From: Patescibacteria group bacterium
GTDB lineage: Bacteria > Patescibacteriota > Microgenomatia > UBA1400 > PJMF01
DNA: 64,000 bases
NCBI GenBank assembly: GCA_045541795.1
Contig: JAZQJV010000018.1
Span: 118,236 to 182,235, forward strand
Direction: 5' to 3'
The position numbers were made by a program, and so were the translations under genes. Position 1 is the stretch's first letter. Each line of letters starts with the position of its first letter. Below are positions 17,198 to 26,126 of this stretch, in pieces. Below the pieces are notes generated by a model. The model ran no database searches, was not told where the DNA came from, and saw only the letters and a program-made list of their open reading frames with translations.

Positions 17198-17806
17198 ATG
17201 TCAAGATATACCGGACCAAAAACAAGAATTTCTCGCAAATTTAATGAAGACTTGTCGCTCAAGACAAATGCAGCTAAGACGGCACGCCGTCTCATGCAAG
17301 CTCCTGGTCAGCATGGTGCCAAAATGCGCCGCAAGCTCTCCCAGTACGGCATGCAGCTCAAAGAAAAGCAAAAAGTCAAAGCCATTTATGGTGTCAGCGA
17401 GAAGCAACTCGTACGTCTTTATAAGGAAGCTGCCAGCAAGCAGACCAATACGGGTATGACTTTGCTTTCATACTTAGAGCGCCGTCTCGATAATGTGATT
17501 TATCGCGCTGGTTTCGCTCCTACTCGTGCTGCCGCCAGACAGATAGTCAATCATGCTCACATCTGTGTCAATGGTCGTAAGCTAGATATTCCTTCATATA
17601 GAGTACAGGTGGGTGACGTGGTGACTATTGCTCCACGCTCCAATAAAATCAAAATTATCGCTGAAGCGATCAAAAATAGTGAAGTTCCTGAAATGGAATG
17701 GCTACAGGTCAAGGCTGGAGCAATCAAGATTGCTAGCTTGCCCAAGCGCGAAAACACCATGGAAAATATTGAAGAGCAGCTAATTGTGGAGTTCTATTCT
17801 CGATAG
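17198..17806 (+). CDS. rpsD: 30S ribosomal protein S4
   Basis: MSRYTGPKTRISRKF...LERRLDNVIYRAGFA.TRAAARQ.V.H matches S4. Confidence 0.85.
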   Translation: MSRYTGPKTRISRKFNEDLSLKTNAAKTARRLMQAPGQHGAKMRRKLSQYGMQLKEKQKVKAIYGVSEKQLVRLYKEAASKQTNTGMTLLSYLERRLDNVIYRAGFAPTRAAARQIVNHAHICVNGRKLDIPSYRVQVGDVVTIAPRSNKIKIIAEAIKNSEVPEMEWLQVKAGAIKIASLPKRENTMENIEEQLIVEFYSR

Positions 17807-17812
17807 AGGGGA

Positions 17813-18772
17813 GTGTGTATGAGAGATTTAAGTCAATATGAAGTATTAAATCCAGGTTTTGAGACGAAAGTTCTTGAAGAGTTAGAACCCAATCAAGCAG
17901 TGATTGAGATCTCGCCGCTGATGAATGGCTACGGTCACACCATCGGTAATGCTCTCCGCCGTGTTTTGCTGACCTCCTTAGTGGGCAGTGCGATCACGAG
18001 CGTGAAATTTGCTGATTCTGACCATCCCTATACTGGTGTGGATGGCTTGAGCGATGATTTGCTCAACATTATCCTTAATCTCAAGCAAGTAGTCATCCGT
18101 GGTGATTCTGACGAACGAGTCAATATCAGTCTAGATGTAGTCGGTCCCAAAGTCGTCACTGCTGGCGATATTCAAGTGCCGGCTGGCTTTGAGATCATCA
18201 ATAAAGATCTGGTGATTACCGAAATTGTCACTGATAAAGCTTTCAATGTCGAAATGGAAGTAGAAAGTGGCTTCGGCTATCGTATGGCTCCGGAAAAAGC
18301 CAAATCCTTGATCGGCCAGATAGATATTGATGCGCTCTTTTCTCCTGTCGCGACTGTGTCTTACAAAGTGGAAGAAACTCGTGTCGGCCGTCAGACTGAC
18401 TATGATCGTCTACTTTTAACTGTCAAGACCAAAGGTACGCTCACACCCTTAGAAGCGGTACAGCAGGGCGCACAGATCTTGGCGAAGCAATTCACTCAGA
18501 TCTTTGACCCAGTGGCCTTAGATCCAAGCAAACAAGATTTCTCGCAACGCAAATTTGATCCTAAGGAGGCTAAGATTATGCTCTTGACGGTGGAAGAGTT
18601 GGAACTGCCCACTAGATTGAGTAATGCCTTGCGGCGTGCTGGCTTTAAGACAGTCTATGATTTACTAAGTACCCAAAAGAGCGTTATTGCTAAGGTTAAA
18701 AACCTCGGTGCCAAGAGTATTGGCATCATTGAAGAAGCCTTAGCTGCTCACGGAGTGAAGCTGGAGGATTAA
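17813..18772 (+). CDS. rpoA: DNA-directed RNA polymerase subunit alpha
   Basis: GNALRRVLLTSLVGSAITSVKF in the N-domain. C-terminal domain LSNALRRAGFKTVYDL. Confidence 0.85.
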   Translation: MCMRDLSQYEVLNPGFETKVLEELEPNQAVIEISPLMNGYGHTIGNALRRVLLTSLVGSAITSVKFADSDHPYTGVDGLSDDLLNIILNLKQVVIRGDSDERVNISLDVVGPKVVTAGDIQVPAGFEIINKDLVITEIVTDKAFNVEMEVESGFGYRMAPEKAKSLIGQIDIDALFSPVATVSYKVEETRVGRQTDYDRLLLTVKTKGTLTPLEAVQQGAQILAKQFTQIFDPVALDPSKQDFSQRKFDPKEAKIMLLTVEELELPTRLSNALRRAGFKTVYDLLSTQKSVIAKVKNLGAKSIGIIEEALAAHGVKLED

Positions 18773-18774
18773 TT

Positions 18775-19353
18775 ATGAGACACCGCCTAAATAAAAAATC
18801 ATTCAATCGTGACACCAAATCCAGAAGAGCACTTTTGCACGGCGTTGCTGTCGCTGTCTTAGAACATGGCGAAATTATCACCACCAAACCCAAGGGTAAG
18901 GAGGCAAGTAAACTGATTGACAAGGTCATTTCTAAAGCCAAAAAAGGCGATCTGGCCTCCCGCCGACAACTACACCGCATTTTCGGCAGCCGTCAAGTGG
19001 TCAATAATCTGTGCGATCGGGTAGCTCCTGTGTTTGCCAATCGGCAATCTGGCTTTTCTCGCTTGGTATTTTACGGCAATCGTCGCGGTGATAACACGCC
19101 GATGTACCGTTTGAGCCTGGTGGAAGTATTACCCGCTCCCAAGAAAAGTGAAAAGCAAACTTCGCCGGTAAAAACAGCTAAGGCAACTAGTAAGTCAACC
19201 GCGAGCGCTCATGTCCATGACGACCAGGCAAAAAAGGCAGTTAAGACTGACCAAGGCAAGGCAGAAAAAGTGACCAATAAAATCGGTAATCTAGTGCGCC
19301 GTTCTACCAATCGGAATCGGTCTACAGCTAGCGGCGGTGGCAGAGGGAAATAA
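18775..19353 (+). CDS. rplQ: 50S ribosomal protein L17 with Lys/Ala-rich C-terminal extension
   Basis: MRHRLNKKSFNRDTKSRRALL...TTKPKGKE...NRQSGFSRLVFYGNRRGDNTPMYRLSLVE matches L17. Confidence 0.8.
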   Translation: MRHRLNKKSFNRDTKSRRALLHGVAVAVLEHGEIITTKPKGKEASKLIDKVISKAKKGDLASRRQLHRIFGSRQVVNNLCDRVAPVFANRQSGFSRLVFYGNRRGDNTPMYRLSLVEVLPAPKKSEKQTSPVKTAKATSKSTASAHVHDDQAKKAVKTDQGKAEKVTNKIGNLVRRSTNRNRSTASGGGRGK

Positions 19354-19355
19354 CT

Positions 19356-19787
19356 ATGCAAATCAGACATCAAAAAACGACAACGCTTAAACAAAAACAA
19401 GTGAAAAGAAATTGGCACTTGCTTGACGGCGATAATAAAGTCTTAGGACAGTTAGCCACTCAAATTGTGGAGTTACTTATGGGTAAACAAAAACCCACTT
19501 ATACTCCTAATATTGACGATGGCGACTACGTGGTGGTGGTGAATGCCTCAAACGTGGTCGTTACCGGCAACAAAGCTGATAAGAAAATCTACACTCACCA
19601 CTCCAATTATCCTGGGGGGCTAGTTAGCGAGAGCTTCCGCTCTTTGCAATCTCGTGACCCGGAGGCGGTTATCCGCTTGGCTGTCAAACGGATGCTACCA
19701 GATAACAAATTGCGCGACGTCCGCTTGGGACGGCTCAAGGTTTTTCCGGGATCGGAGCATTCTTATCAGAATTTTATAAAGGAATAA
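19356..19787 (+). CDS. rplM: 50S ribosomal protein L13
   Basis: WHLLDGDNKVLGQLATQIVELLMGKQKPTYTPNIDDGDYVVVVNA matches L13. Confidence 0.85.
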   Translation: MQIRHQKTTTLKQKQVKRNWHLLDGDNKVLGQLATQIVELLMGKQKPTYTPNIDDGDYVVVVNASNVVVTGNKADKKIYTHHSNYPGGLVSESFRSLQSRDPEAVIRLAVKRMLPDNKLRDVRLGRLKVFPGSEHSYQNFIKE

Positions 19788-19793
19788 AAGCGT

Positions 19794-20297
19794 ATGGCGA
19801 TCAAGAAAAACAAAAAATCAGTAGCGCAAAAAGTGGTCAAGAAAGAAAAACCAAAAATCATGACTAAATCTGGTCGTGGCGCGGTAGCTATGGCTTCGCC
19901 CAAGGGCGAATACGTGGCTGCGGTGGGTCGCAGACGTACCTCTACAGCTCGCATCCGCCTCTATCCTCGTCCTGGTGATTTTGTCGTTAACGGCGTGCCC
20001 GCAGGCAAGTATTTTGAGAATATTCCCAATGCGGCCACATATTACAATCGCCCGTTTGCAATCACCAATTGTCTGGGACGTTTTGCGGTGACAGTCAAAG
20101 TCACTGGCGGCGGTAAAAACGGCCAACTGGGCGCGCTTGCTCACGGCTTGGCTCGAGCTTTGGTAAAAATGAATCCAGATTATCATGAATTATTTAAAGA
20201 TTCTTCCTTGCTTACACGTGATGACCGGATGAAAGAAAGCCGCAAGATCGGCACTGGCGGTAAGGCTCGCCGCAAACGGCAATCTCCAAAGCGCTAA
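19794..20297 (+). CDS. rpsI: 30S ribosomal protein S9 with N-terminal extension
   Basis: GRRRTSTARIRLYPRPG...GGGKNGQLGALAHGLARAL...GGKARRKRQSPKR matches S9. Confidence 0.8.
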   Translation: MAIKKNKKSVAQKVVKKEKPKIMTKSGRGAVAMASPKGEYVAAVGRRRTSTARIRLYPRPGDFVVNGVPAGKYFENIPNAATYYNRPFAITNCLGRFAVTVKVTGGGKNGQLGALAHGLARALVKMNPDYHELFKDSSLLTRDDRMKESRKIGTGGKARRKRQSPKR

Positions 20298-20320
20298 TAC
20301 ATTGCAAAAGCCAACATCAA

Positions 20321-20346
20321 AACCCACCAGATACGGTGGGTTTTTA
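20321..20346 (+). terminator. rho-independent terminator after rpsI
   Basis: acccacc / agatac / ggtgggt followed by TTTTT. Confidence 0.6.
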
Positions 20347-20389
20347 AATTGCCTGCCCACAGCCCGCTTTTTGTGGTACAATCAGGAGT

Positions 20390-22195
20390 ATGCAGTTTAG
20401 TAAATTAAGCCAGACGCTACTTGACATCGAAGCAATCAACGCGCGCTTGCAAATCACTCAGATTTTATCAAAACTCTGGCCGCAGCTGGACGAGCGTGAA
20501 TTATGGCAAGCTGCCAACCTTATCCAGGGACAATTACAACCGCCCTATGAACAGCTTGTTTTTAGTCTGTCCGTGAAAATGATCGCCCGCGCTCTGGTGC
20601 AGCTGGCGCTCGCCAATGGTGGCTTGGCTGGCGGCGTAAGTGTGGATTTATTTGGGCAAGCTGATGAACAGTCACTTACTGATCAAATTAAAGCGATACA
20701 TCGCCGTTTTGGTGACTGGGGCGAGACGGCAGCGTCAGTGCACACCGAGCTTTTTGGTGCAAAAGGCTCTAATTTGAGCATTAATGATGTGTATACCAGA
20801 CTGACCGCGATTGCCAAGATCAGTGGCGACGGTTCACAACAGGCTAAGCTTGATGCCTTGGTCTCTTTACTGTCTGCAATTGATGCCTCGAGTGCTAAAT
20901 TTGTGATCAGGATGGTGATCGGCAAACTGCGTTTGGGTTTTTCTACGATGACGATTTTAGACAGCCTTTCGTGGGCGGTTTGCGGTGATAAATCCGAAAG
21001 CAAACTGCTAGAAAGCGCCTGGCAAAAAAAAGCTGATGTTGGCTTACTGGCGGCCGCCTACTTGCCACTGCAAAACCTCACGCCGCTCAAGCGCCGGGAA
21101 AAATTAGCTGCAGACTATCACGCGAGCGTGGGCGTACCTTTAGTGCCGGCTTTGTGCCAACGGCTCAATTCTACCACTGACATCATCGAAAAGGTGGGCG
21201 CTACCATCGCTGAGCCTAAATATGATGGCATGCGCATCCAAATTCACGTCCGCCGTCAGGGTGGGCTGCAAGTTTTTGCTTTCACCAGGAGTTTGGAAAA
21301 TGTTTCTCACATGTTTCCAGAGCTACAAGAATTTGCCAGTAGCCTCGATGTGGATGCCGCCATTTTTGACTCAGAAGCTGTGGGCTTTAATGCTCACACC
21401 GGGCAGATGTTGCCTTTCCAAGAGACCATTAGTCGGCGTCGGCTTCACGACGTCGATCAAAAAGCTCAGTCCATCAAAATGAAATTTTTCATTTTTGACG
21501 TTTTACTTTTAAATGAGCAGGAACTCATCACGACGCCCTTGGCTGAGCGCAAAAAACTACTGCGCCAAACAGTTGCCGATAGCGACGTCGCGCAGGTGAC
21601 GAGTTTTATCGTCACTAGTGATCCCGGACAGCTGCGCCAGTTCCATGAACGCCAGCTCCAGCTTGGTCTGGAGGGGATGGTGGCCAAAGGGGAGAGCAGT
21701 GATTATCAAAGCGGCCGCAAAGGCTGGCACTGGGTCAAGATTAAAGAAGCAGAAGGTACTCGTGGCAAGCTCAATGACACCCTTGATTTAGTAGTCATGG
21801 GTTATTATTATGGTCAGGGCCGGCGGCATGATATGGGCGTGGGAGCGATTCTTACAGGCGTGTTGGCAGATAATGGTGATATTGTCACGATCAGCAAAAT
21901 CGGCACCGGCTTTACTGATGAAAATCTTTCTTCCTTCCACTCTCAAGCAGAAAATTACCGTACAGATACCAAGCCCACCGACTACCAAGTAGGCAAGCAG
22001 CTGATACCGGATGTGTGGTTGAGGCCGCACCTAGTAGCCGAAATTGCTGCTGACGAGCTTACTCGCTCTACCATGCATACAAGCGGCTACGGCCTCCGTT
22101 TCCCCCGCATTATCCGGTGGCGAGACGATAAAACCGCTGCTCAAGCTACCACCCGCAGCGAGCTGGCATCCATTACTATAGATAAAGGAGATTAA
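20390..22195 (+). CDS. ATP-dependent DNA ligase
   Basis: Adenylation motif I (EPKYDGMRIQIHV). Downstream OB-fold region. About 250-aa N-terminal DNA-binding domain. The near-leaderless promoter tgTGgTACAAT lies 7 nt upstream. Confidence 0.7.
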   Translation: MQFSKLSQTLLDIEAINARLQITQILSKLWPQLDERELWQAANLIQGQLQPPYEQLVFSLSVKMIARALVQLALANGGLAGGVSVDLFGQADEQSLTDQIKAIHRRFGDWGETAASVHTELFGAKGSNLSINDVYTRLTAIAKISGDGSQQAKLDALVSLLSAIDASSAKFVIRMVIGKLRLGFSTMTILDSLSWAVCGDKSESKLLESAWQKKADVGLLAAAYLPLQNLTPLKRREKLAADYHASVGVPLVPALCQRLNSTTDIIEKVGATIAEPKYDGMRIQIHVRRQGGLQVFAFTRSLENVSHMFPELQEFASSLDVDAAIFDSEAVGFNAHTGQMLPFQETISRRRLHDVDQKAQSIKMKFFIFDVLLLNEQELITTPLAERKKLLRQTVADSDVAQVTSFIVTSDPGQLRQFHERQLQLGLEGMVAKGESSDYQSGRKGWHWVKIKEAEGTRGKLNDTLDLVVMGYYYGQGRRHDMGVGAILTGVLADNGDIVTISKIGTGFTDENLSSFHSQAENYRTDTKPTDYQVGKQLIPDVWLRPHLVAEIAADELTRSTMHTSGYGLRFPRIIRWRDDKTAAQATTRSELASITIDKGD

Positions 22196-22196
22196 A

Positions 22197-23384
22197 ATGC
22201 GCATTGCGATGTTTACTGATACCTTTTACCCCAAAAATGATGGCATGTCTACCAGTACGCAGCATCTGGCCGTCAGTTTAGCTGCCTCTGGTCATCAGGT
22301 CTTGATTGTCGCTCCCAAAGTTCACCGTTCTTCCCTCGATTTTACTCTTCCTGGCGTGCAAATCGTCTGGCTTACTTCCATTCCCGCGGGATTATATCCT
22401 GATCTACGCCTTGCTTCCTGGTCACCGCGCCTCCACAAAAAGCTCCACGACTTCGCGCCAGAAGTTATCCACGTCATGTCACCGATGCCAGTTAGTCTGA
22501 CGGGCATGGCTTACGCCAAAGTACAGCGCCTACCTATCGTCATGACTTTTCACACTTATTTTATGGATCCCGAATACCTCAAAGTCATTCATATAGATAA
22601 ATCCAGTCGGTCAAAATTTGTGGAAGAACTGGGCTGGGATTTGGCCAAAACTGTCCACGCTCGCGCCGATGTCACTATTGCTCCCACAGACTTTGTCGCC
22701 GCCGACCTCAAAAAGCGCAATTTCAAGCAGCCCATCCTCACTATCCCCAGCGGCGTGCAGATCAAAAAAAAACCTCTCTCACGAGAAAAAATCGCCAACC
22801 TGCGTCAATCACTAGGGATTAGTGATGATAAACGGGTGATAGTTAGTATTGGGCGTGTCAGTCAAGAAAAAAACCTGCGCGGTCTGCTGCGGGTGTTTCA
22901 AGCAGCACACCGTGAAGTCCCAGAAGCTTGCCTGCTGGTAGTCGGCGGCGGGCCTGATCTCGAAGCTGTCAAAAAGTACGCCGCTAAACTCGATCTTGCA
23001 GATAGTGTCATTTTCACCGGCGATGTCCCTCACGAAAAAGTTTTGAGCGCTGGTTATTACGCACTGGGTGAATTTTTCACCACCGCCAGCATGAGCGAAA
23101 CTCAAGGCATGACGAGCGTCGAAGCTCAGATATACGGTTTACCAGTAGTGGCTTATCACTCTAAAGGCTTACCTTTTGTCATCGGTCAAGCGGGCGTCAT
23201 GGTGACGGAAAATGACGAGTCAGCTTTGGCGAGGGCAATGATAGATTTGCTGTGTCAGCCGCATCAACTGGAAGCGTTGCGTGAAAAAGTCACTGCCAAC
23301 TTAGCTCGCTTTGACATTAACCATACTACTAAACAAATTGTAGAAGGCTACGAGCTGGCGCTGACAATTAATCATTCCCAATAA
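22197..23384 (+). CDS. GT4-family glycosyltransferase (GT-B)
   Basis: MRIAMFTDTFYPKNDGMSTSTQHLAVSLAASGHQVLIVAP in the N-terminal Rossmann half. C-terminal E-x7-E motif (SETQGMTSVEAQIYGLPVVA). Confidence 0.65.
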   Translation: MRIAMFTDTFYPKNDGMSTSTQHLAVSLAASGHQVLIVAPKVHRSSLDFTLPGVQIVWLTSIPAGLYPDLRLASWSPRLHKKLHDFAPEVIHVMSPMPVSLTGMAYAKVQRLPIVMTFHTYFMDPEYLKVIHIDKSSRSKFVEELGWDLAKTVHARADVTIAPTDFVAADLKKRNFKQPILTIPSGVQIKKKPLSREKIANLRQSLGISDDKRVIVSIGRVSQEKNLRGLLRVFQAAHREVPEACLLVVGGGPDLEAVKKYAAKLDLADSVIFTGDVPHEKVLSAGYYALGEFFTTASMSETQGMTSVEAQIYGLPVVAYHSKGLPFVIGQAGVMVTENDESALARAMIDLLCQPHQLEALREKVTANLARFDINHTTKQIVEGYELALTINHSQ

Positions 23385-23694
23385 GATCGGCAAGACTGTC
23401 AACTTTTTTCGGCATAGTCTTGCTCATCACTGTCCACATCCGGATTTGTTTGGGATCTTCGCTAAAGTCAGCGTCAGTGACCTCACTGGTGGCGACTGCA
23501 AGACTATCGCTGCTGTCCTGCACTGCTACTTCTACCCGGCACATCCCCAGCGGGTGCAAATCACTGGCAAAAGTTCGCAAGAAAATCAGTTTACCACCTT
23601 TTTTCTGATAAGCAAAACGTTCCGGCTTAGTGACGGTACTAGCTATTCTTTCAATGAACTCATCAGGATCTTGATTGGCGTTAATGGCGATCAT
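23368..23694 (-). CDS. hypothetical protein (about 108 aa)
   Basis: ORF trimmed to the MIAINANQ start. No known motif. Overlaps the GT4 stop by 17 nt. Confidence 0.3.
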   Translation of the reverse strand: MIAINANQDPDEFIERIASTVTKPERFAYQKKGGKLIFLRTFASDLHPLGMCRVEVAVQDSSDSLAVATSEVTDADFSEDPKQIRMWTVMSKTMPKKVDSLADLIGND

Positions 23695-23813
23695 TTTGTC
23701 CTTTTTGTGCGCAATTTGTAAAATTATGTTCACTTTTTCCAGATGTAGGTGTTTAACATTTGTTAAACATTTGTTTAACAAACTGCCAAACGCATTGATA
23801 AATTTTACCTACC

Positions 23814-23890
23814 AATTGGTGACTCCAGAGGGATTCGAACCCTCGATCTTTTGGATGAAAACCAAATATCCTGGACCGCTAGACGATGGA
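23814..23890 (-). tRNA. tRNA-Glu (anticodon UUC), CCA encoded
   Basis: Reverse complement GGCTCCATCGTCTAGCGGTCCAGGATATTTGGTTTTCATCCAAAAGATCGAGGGTTCGAATCCCTCTGGAGTCACCA. It has a 7-bp acceptor stem (one GU pair), GG in the D-loop, anticodon stem TTTGG/CCAAA with loop TTTTCAT (U33, UUC, A37) and T-arm GAGGG-TTCGAAT-CCCTC. Confidence 0.8.
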
Positions 23891-23910
23891 GCCAGCTTTC
23901 AAAGAACTCA

Positions 23911-23938
23911 CATATTATATCACATTTCCTGCCAAAAG
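23911..23938 (-). promoter_or_regulatory. promoter for tRNA-Glu (TTGCTT, 16-nt spacer, TGaTATAAT)
   Basis: Reverse complement reads cTTGCTTttggcaggaaatgtgaTATAATatgtgag. It lies about 20 nt upstream of the tRNA 5' end. Confidence 0.45.
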
Positions 23939-23956
23939 CAAGAGGAAAAACGAAGA

Positions 23957-26050
23957 TTATGGCTTATTTTTGGTTTTGACCGCTGATTTGCTTTTTAGCG
24001 CAAATAGTAAACTGAGCACGCACTCCTTAATGCTTGGCCGATGATAGGCACGAGCACACACATTTTTTTTATCAAATGTCAGCCGTCGAAACGTAAAATG
24101 ACGTTCGCGTTCCAATAAAAAACGTAAAATTTTCTCGCTGGCCACTCCGGCGGCCACATATGCAGTACTGCCGAGCTGCGGCATCGCGACGCCAAAAGGA
24201 GTAATTTTTTGTCCTCGCACATACAAACCCATTTCATCACGCACGGCATTTTCTAGTCCCACCATCCGTGCTGCCACTTGCAAAAAATCACCTGAGAGCA
24301 TAGCTTGGAGTTTATCGTCACCAAGCCCAAACACCAGCGACTCACCACGCTTAGCGGCATCACTATTTTGGAAGGTAAGCTGAGCGATAGAGCCTACGTC
24401 AGATACCGCCACCACCGCCACGTTTTCTTTCCGGGCAATTTCGAGAATCGCCAATTTATCTTTGAGCGTATCTATCGCTTCTACCACTACGTCCACTTTT
24501 TGACCGGTAATGCCACCGGTCAGCCAGACAGTAAGGTTTTCTCGGTGAAAGCCATCGGCAGATAAATAAATGATTTGCGTGGGGTCTTGACGATGCAGAC
24601 GTCTGGCAAAATCCACACTTTTGGTGTCATGACTGGCGGCATCCAAAACGTCATAATTGGTGCGGTTAAAATTGGTAACATTTGGTCCTTTGGGATCACC
24701 GATACTTAGGTATCCGATCCGGCCGTCGCGGATCAAGTTTTCTGCCGTGGCGCTAGCCACACTTGCTCCGGCCACCAGTACGTGGGCCCGTGCAAAAATC
24801 AAACGAGCCTCCAGCCAAGAAATCGAGTAGGCACGGTCTTGTAGCAGCTGACCTGGGCTGGAGTTGAGTGCCAATTTCCAGGCCGGCAAAGGAGGGAATT
24901 GTACAACTGCTTCCAGTTGTCCGGTACGCGTAAAATAAAAGCCAAAAAACCCGTAATTCATTTTGTCGGTCAAATGCTCCCAAGCACTAAATTGCTCCGC
25001 TAAATATCGTGCCACCGGACCTTTGTCTGTAGAGAGGTTCTCTTTGAGTTTAGCGTAAGTACTCTCGACTAAAGTATAAAACTTGCCGCCTACATTTTCA
25101 AAAGTTTGCCCGGCAAAATTGACACTTAAATGCTGATCGCTCAGATCAAAAATCCGCGCGCTGGCTACTTCTTCCCATGACATCAAAATCGGACGTCCGG
25201 GATAAAAAGTGGCTGGATGAGCGAGTTTGTCTCGTACAAAGCTCAAATTCCATTCGTTGGTAATCAGCTCCTGCCAGATGTACTCGTCGCCAGCTGACGG
25301 CATATTAGTTGTATTTTCGCCTTGATTTTCGGTTTTATTTATACGGTCACTGCGTAAAGCAATTTCGTATGGTCTGCAGTTGTGGAAGTATCGCGGCCAA
25401 TGTGCCAGCATAAATCTCGTCTGCTCGTTGTCTGCAAGTTTGGCCTGCGCCATTTCCCGAGCCTCAATCCCGCACCGATCCATAAATGCTTTCACATTGG
25501 TGCTCATCGTGCAAGCCAACCATGATTTGGGCATATCTAAGTCTGCTGTTAAAGTCTGCACGAGACCATGTAAAATCTGGATTCTTAGCTCGTCATCATG
25601 AGTGAGGTCAAAATAAGGATGAAAGGCCAGTCGTTCAAATTCATAAGGTACTTGCCCGGTTTTTTGGTACGGCCAGCCGTCAGGCATTGTAAAAAACTGG
25701 AAGAGTTCAAGCCTCTCGTGCACTAGTCGTAGTGTCCCCAAAATTACACCTTGGCTGCAAGCAACTGCCGTTTTGATGTGGGCGTCACTGCCTGTTTCGT
25801 TAAAAGTCATGCGTTTGGGATCACTATTTGTCGCATAGCGGCCATTGTAAGCGACGCTTATAAGCGGTTGCAATAAAATGTAATCTGCGGGTTGGGCCAA
25901 ACGGTAAGAAATTCCCGCTTGCGCAAACGAGTTTTTTAAATTGCCCAAATTGCTAATTAAAGCCGCCGCATCCGCTAAAACTGCCTCGTCACTAGTGTGC
26001 TGTTTTAGCTTATTTAGATATAGTTGAGTGGTAGTTGGTGCAAAATTCAT
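23957..26050 (-). CDS. two-domain protein with a LuxI/N-acyl-amino-acid-synthase-like acyltransferase N-terminus and a ThiF/MoeB E1-like adenylyltransferase C-terminus
   Basis: N-terminal blocks (DAHIKTAV, GVILGTLRLV, YEFERLAF) follow the AHL-synthase/NAS pattern. C-terminal VLVAGASVASATAENLIRDGRIGYLSIGDPKGPNVTNFNRTNY aligns with the ThiF motif (VLVvGaGGLGs.aa.yLa.aGVG.l.lvD.D.Ve.SNLnRQ), followed by DVVVEAID. Start placed at MNFAPTT to leave room for divergent promoters. Confidence 0.5.
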   Translation of the reverse strand: MNFAPTTTQLYLNKLKQHTSDEAVLADAAALISNLGNLKNSFAQAGISYRLAQPADYILLQPLISVAYNGRYATNSDPKRMTFNETGSDAHIKTAVACSQGVILGTLRLVHERLELFQFFTMPDGWPYQKTGQVPYEFERLAFHPYFDLTHDDELRIQILHGLVQTLTADLDMPKSWLACTMSTNVKAFMDRCGIEAREMAQAKLADNEQTRFMLAHWPRYFHNCRPYEIALRSDRINKTENQGENTTNMPSAGDEYIWQELITNEWNLSFVRDKLAHPATFYPGRPILMSWEEVASARIFDLSDQHLSVNFAGQTFENVGGKFYTLVESTYAKLKENLSTDKGPVARYLAEQFSAWEHLTDKMNYGFFGFYFTRTGQLEAVVQFPPLPAWKLALNSSPGQLLQDRAYSISWLEARLIFARAHVLVAGASVASATAENLIRDGRIGYLSIGDPKGPNVTNFNRTNYDVLDAASHDTKSVDFARRLHRQDPTQIIYLSADGFHRENLTVWLTGGITGQKVDVVVEAIDTLKDKLAILEIARKENVAVVAVSDVGSIAQLTFQNSDAAKRGESLVFGLGDDKLQAMLSGDFLQVAARMVGLENAVRDEMGLYVRGQKITPFGVAMPQLGSTAYVAAGVASEKILRFLLERERHFTFRRLTFDKKNVCARAYHRPSIKECVLSLLFALKSKSAVKTKNKP

Positions 26051-26126
26051 ATTTGACTTTCTGTAAAATTTGTAGTACAACATTAACAATCATAAATTAG
26101 TGATGATTATAAACGAGGAACGTTAT

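Noticed and set aside
23957-26089. Whether the E1-like protein is a CBASS Cap2 (E2-E1 fusion) or a ubiquitin-like conjugation enzyme.
   Set aside because: No HPN-Cys E2 motif is present in the N-terminal half, no CD-NTase, JAB or ubiquitin-like genes lie nearby, and the N-terminal blocks look like an acyltransferase instead.
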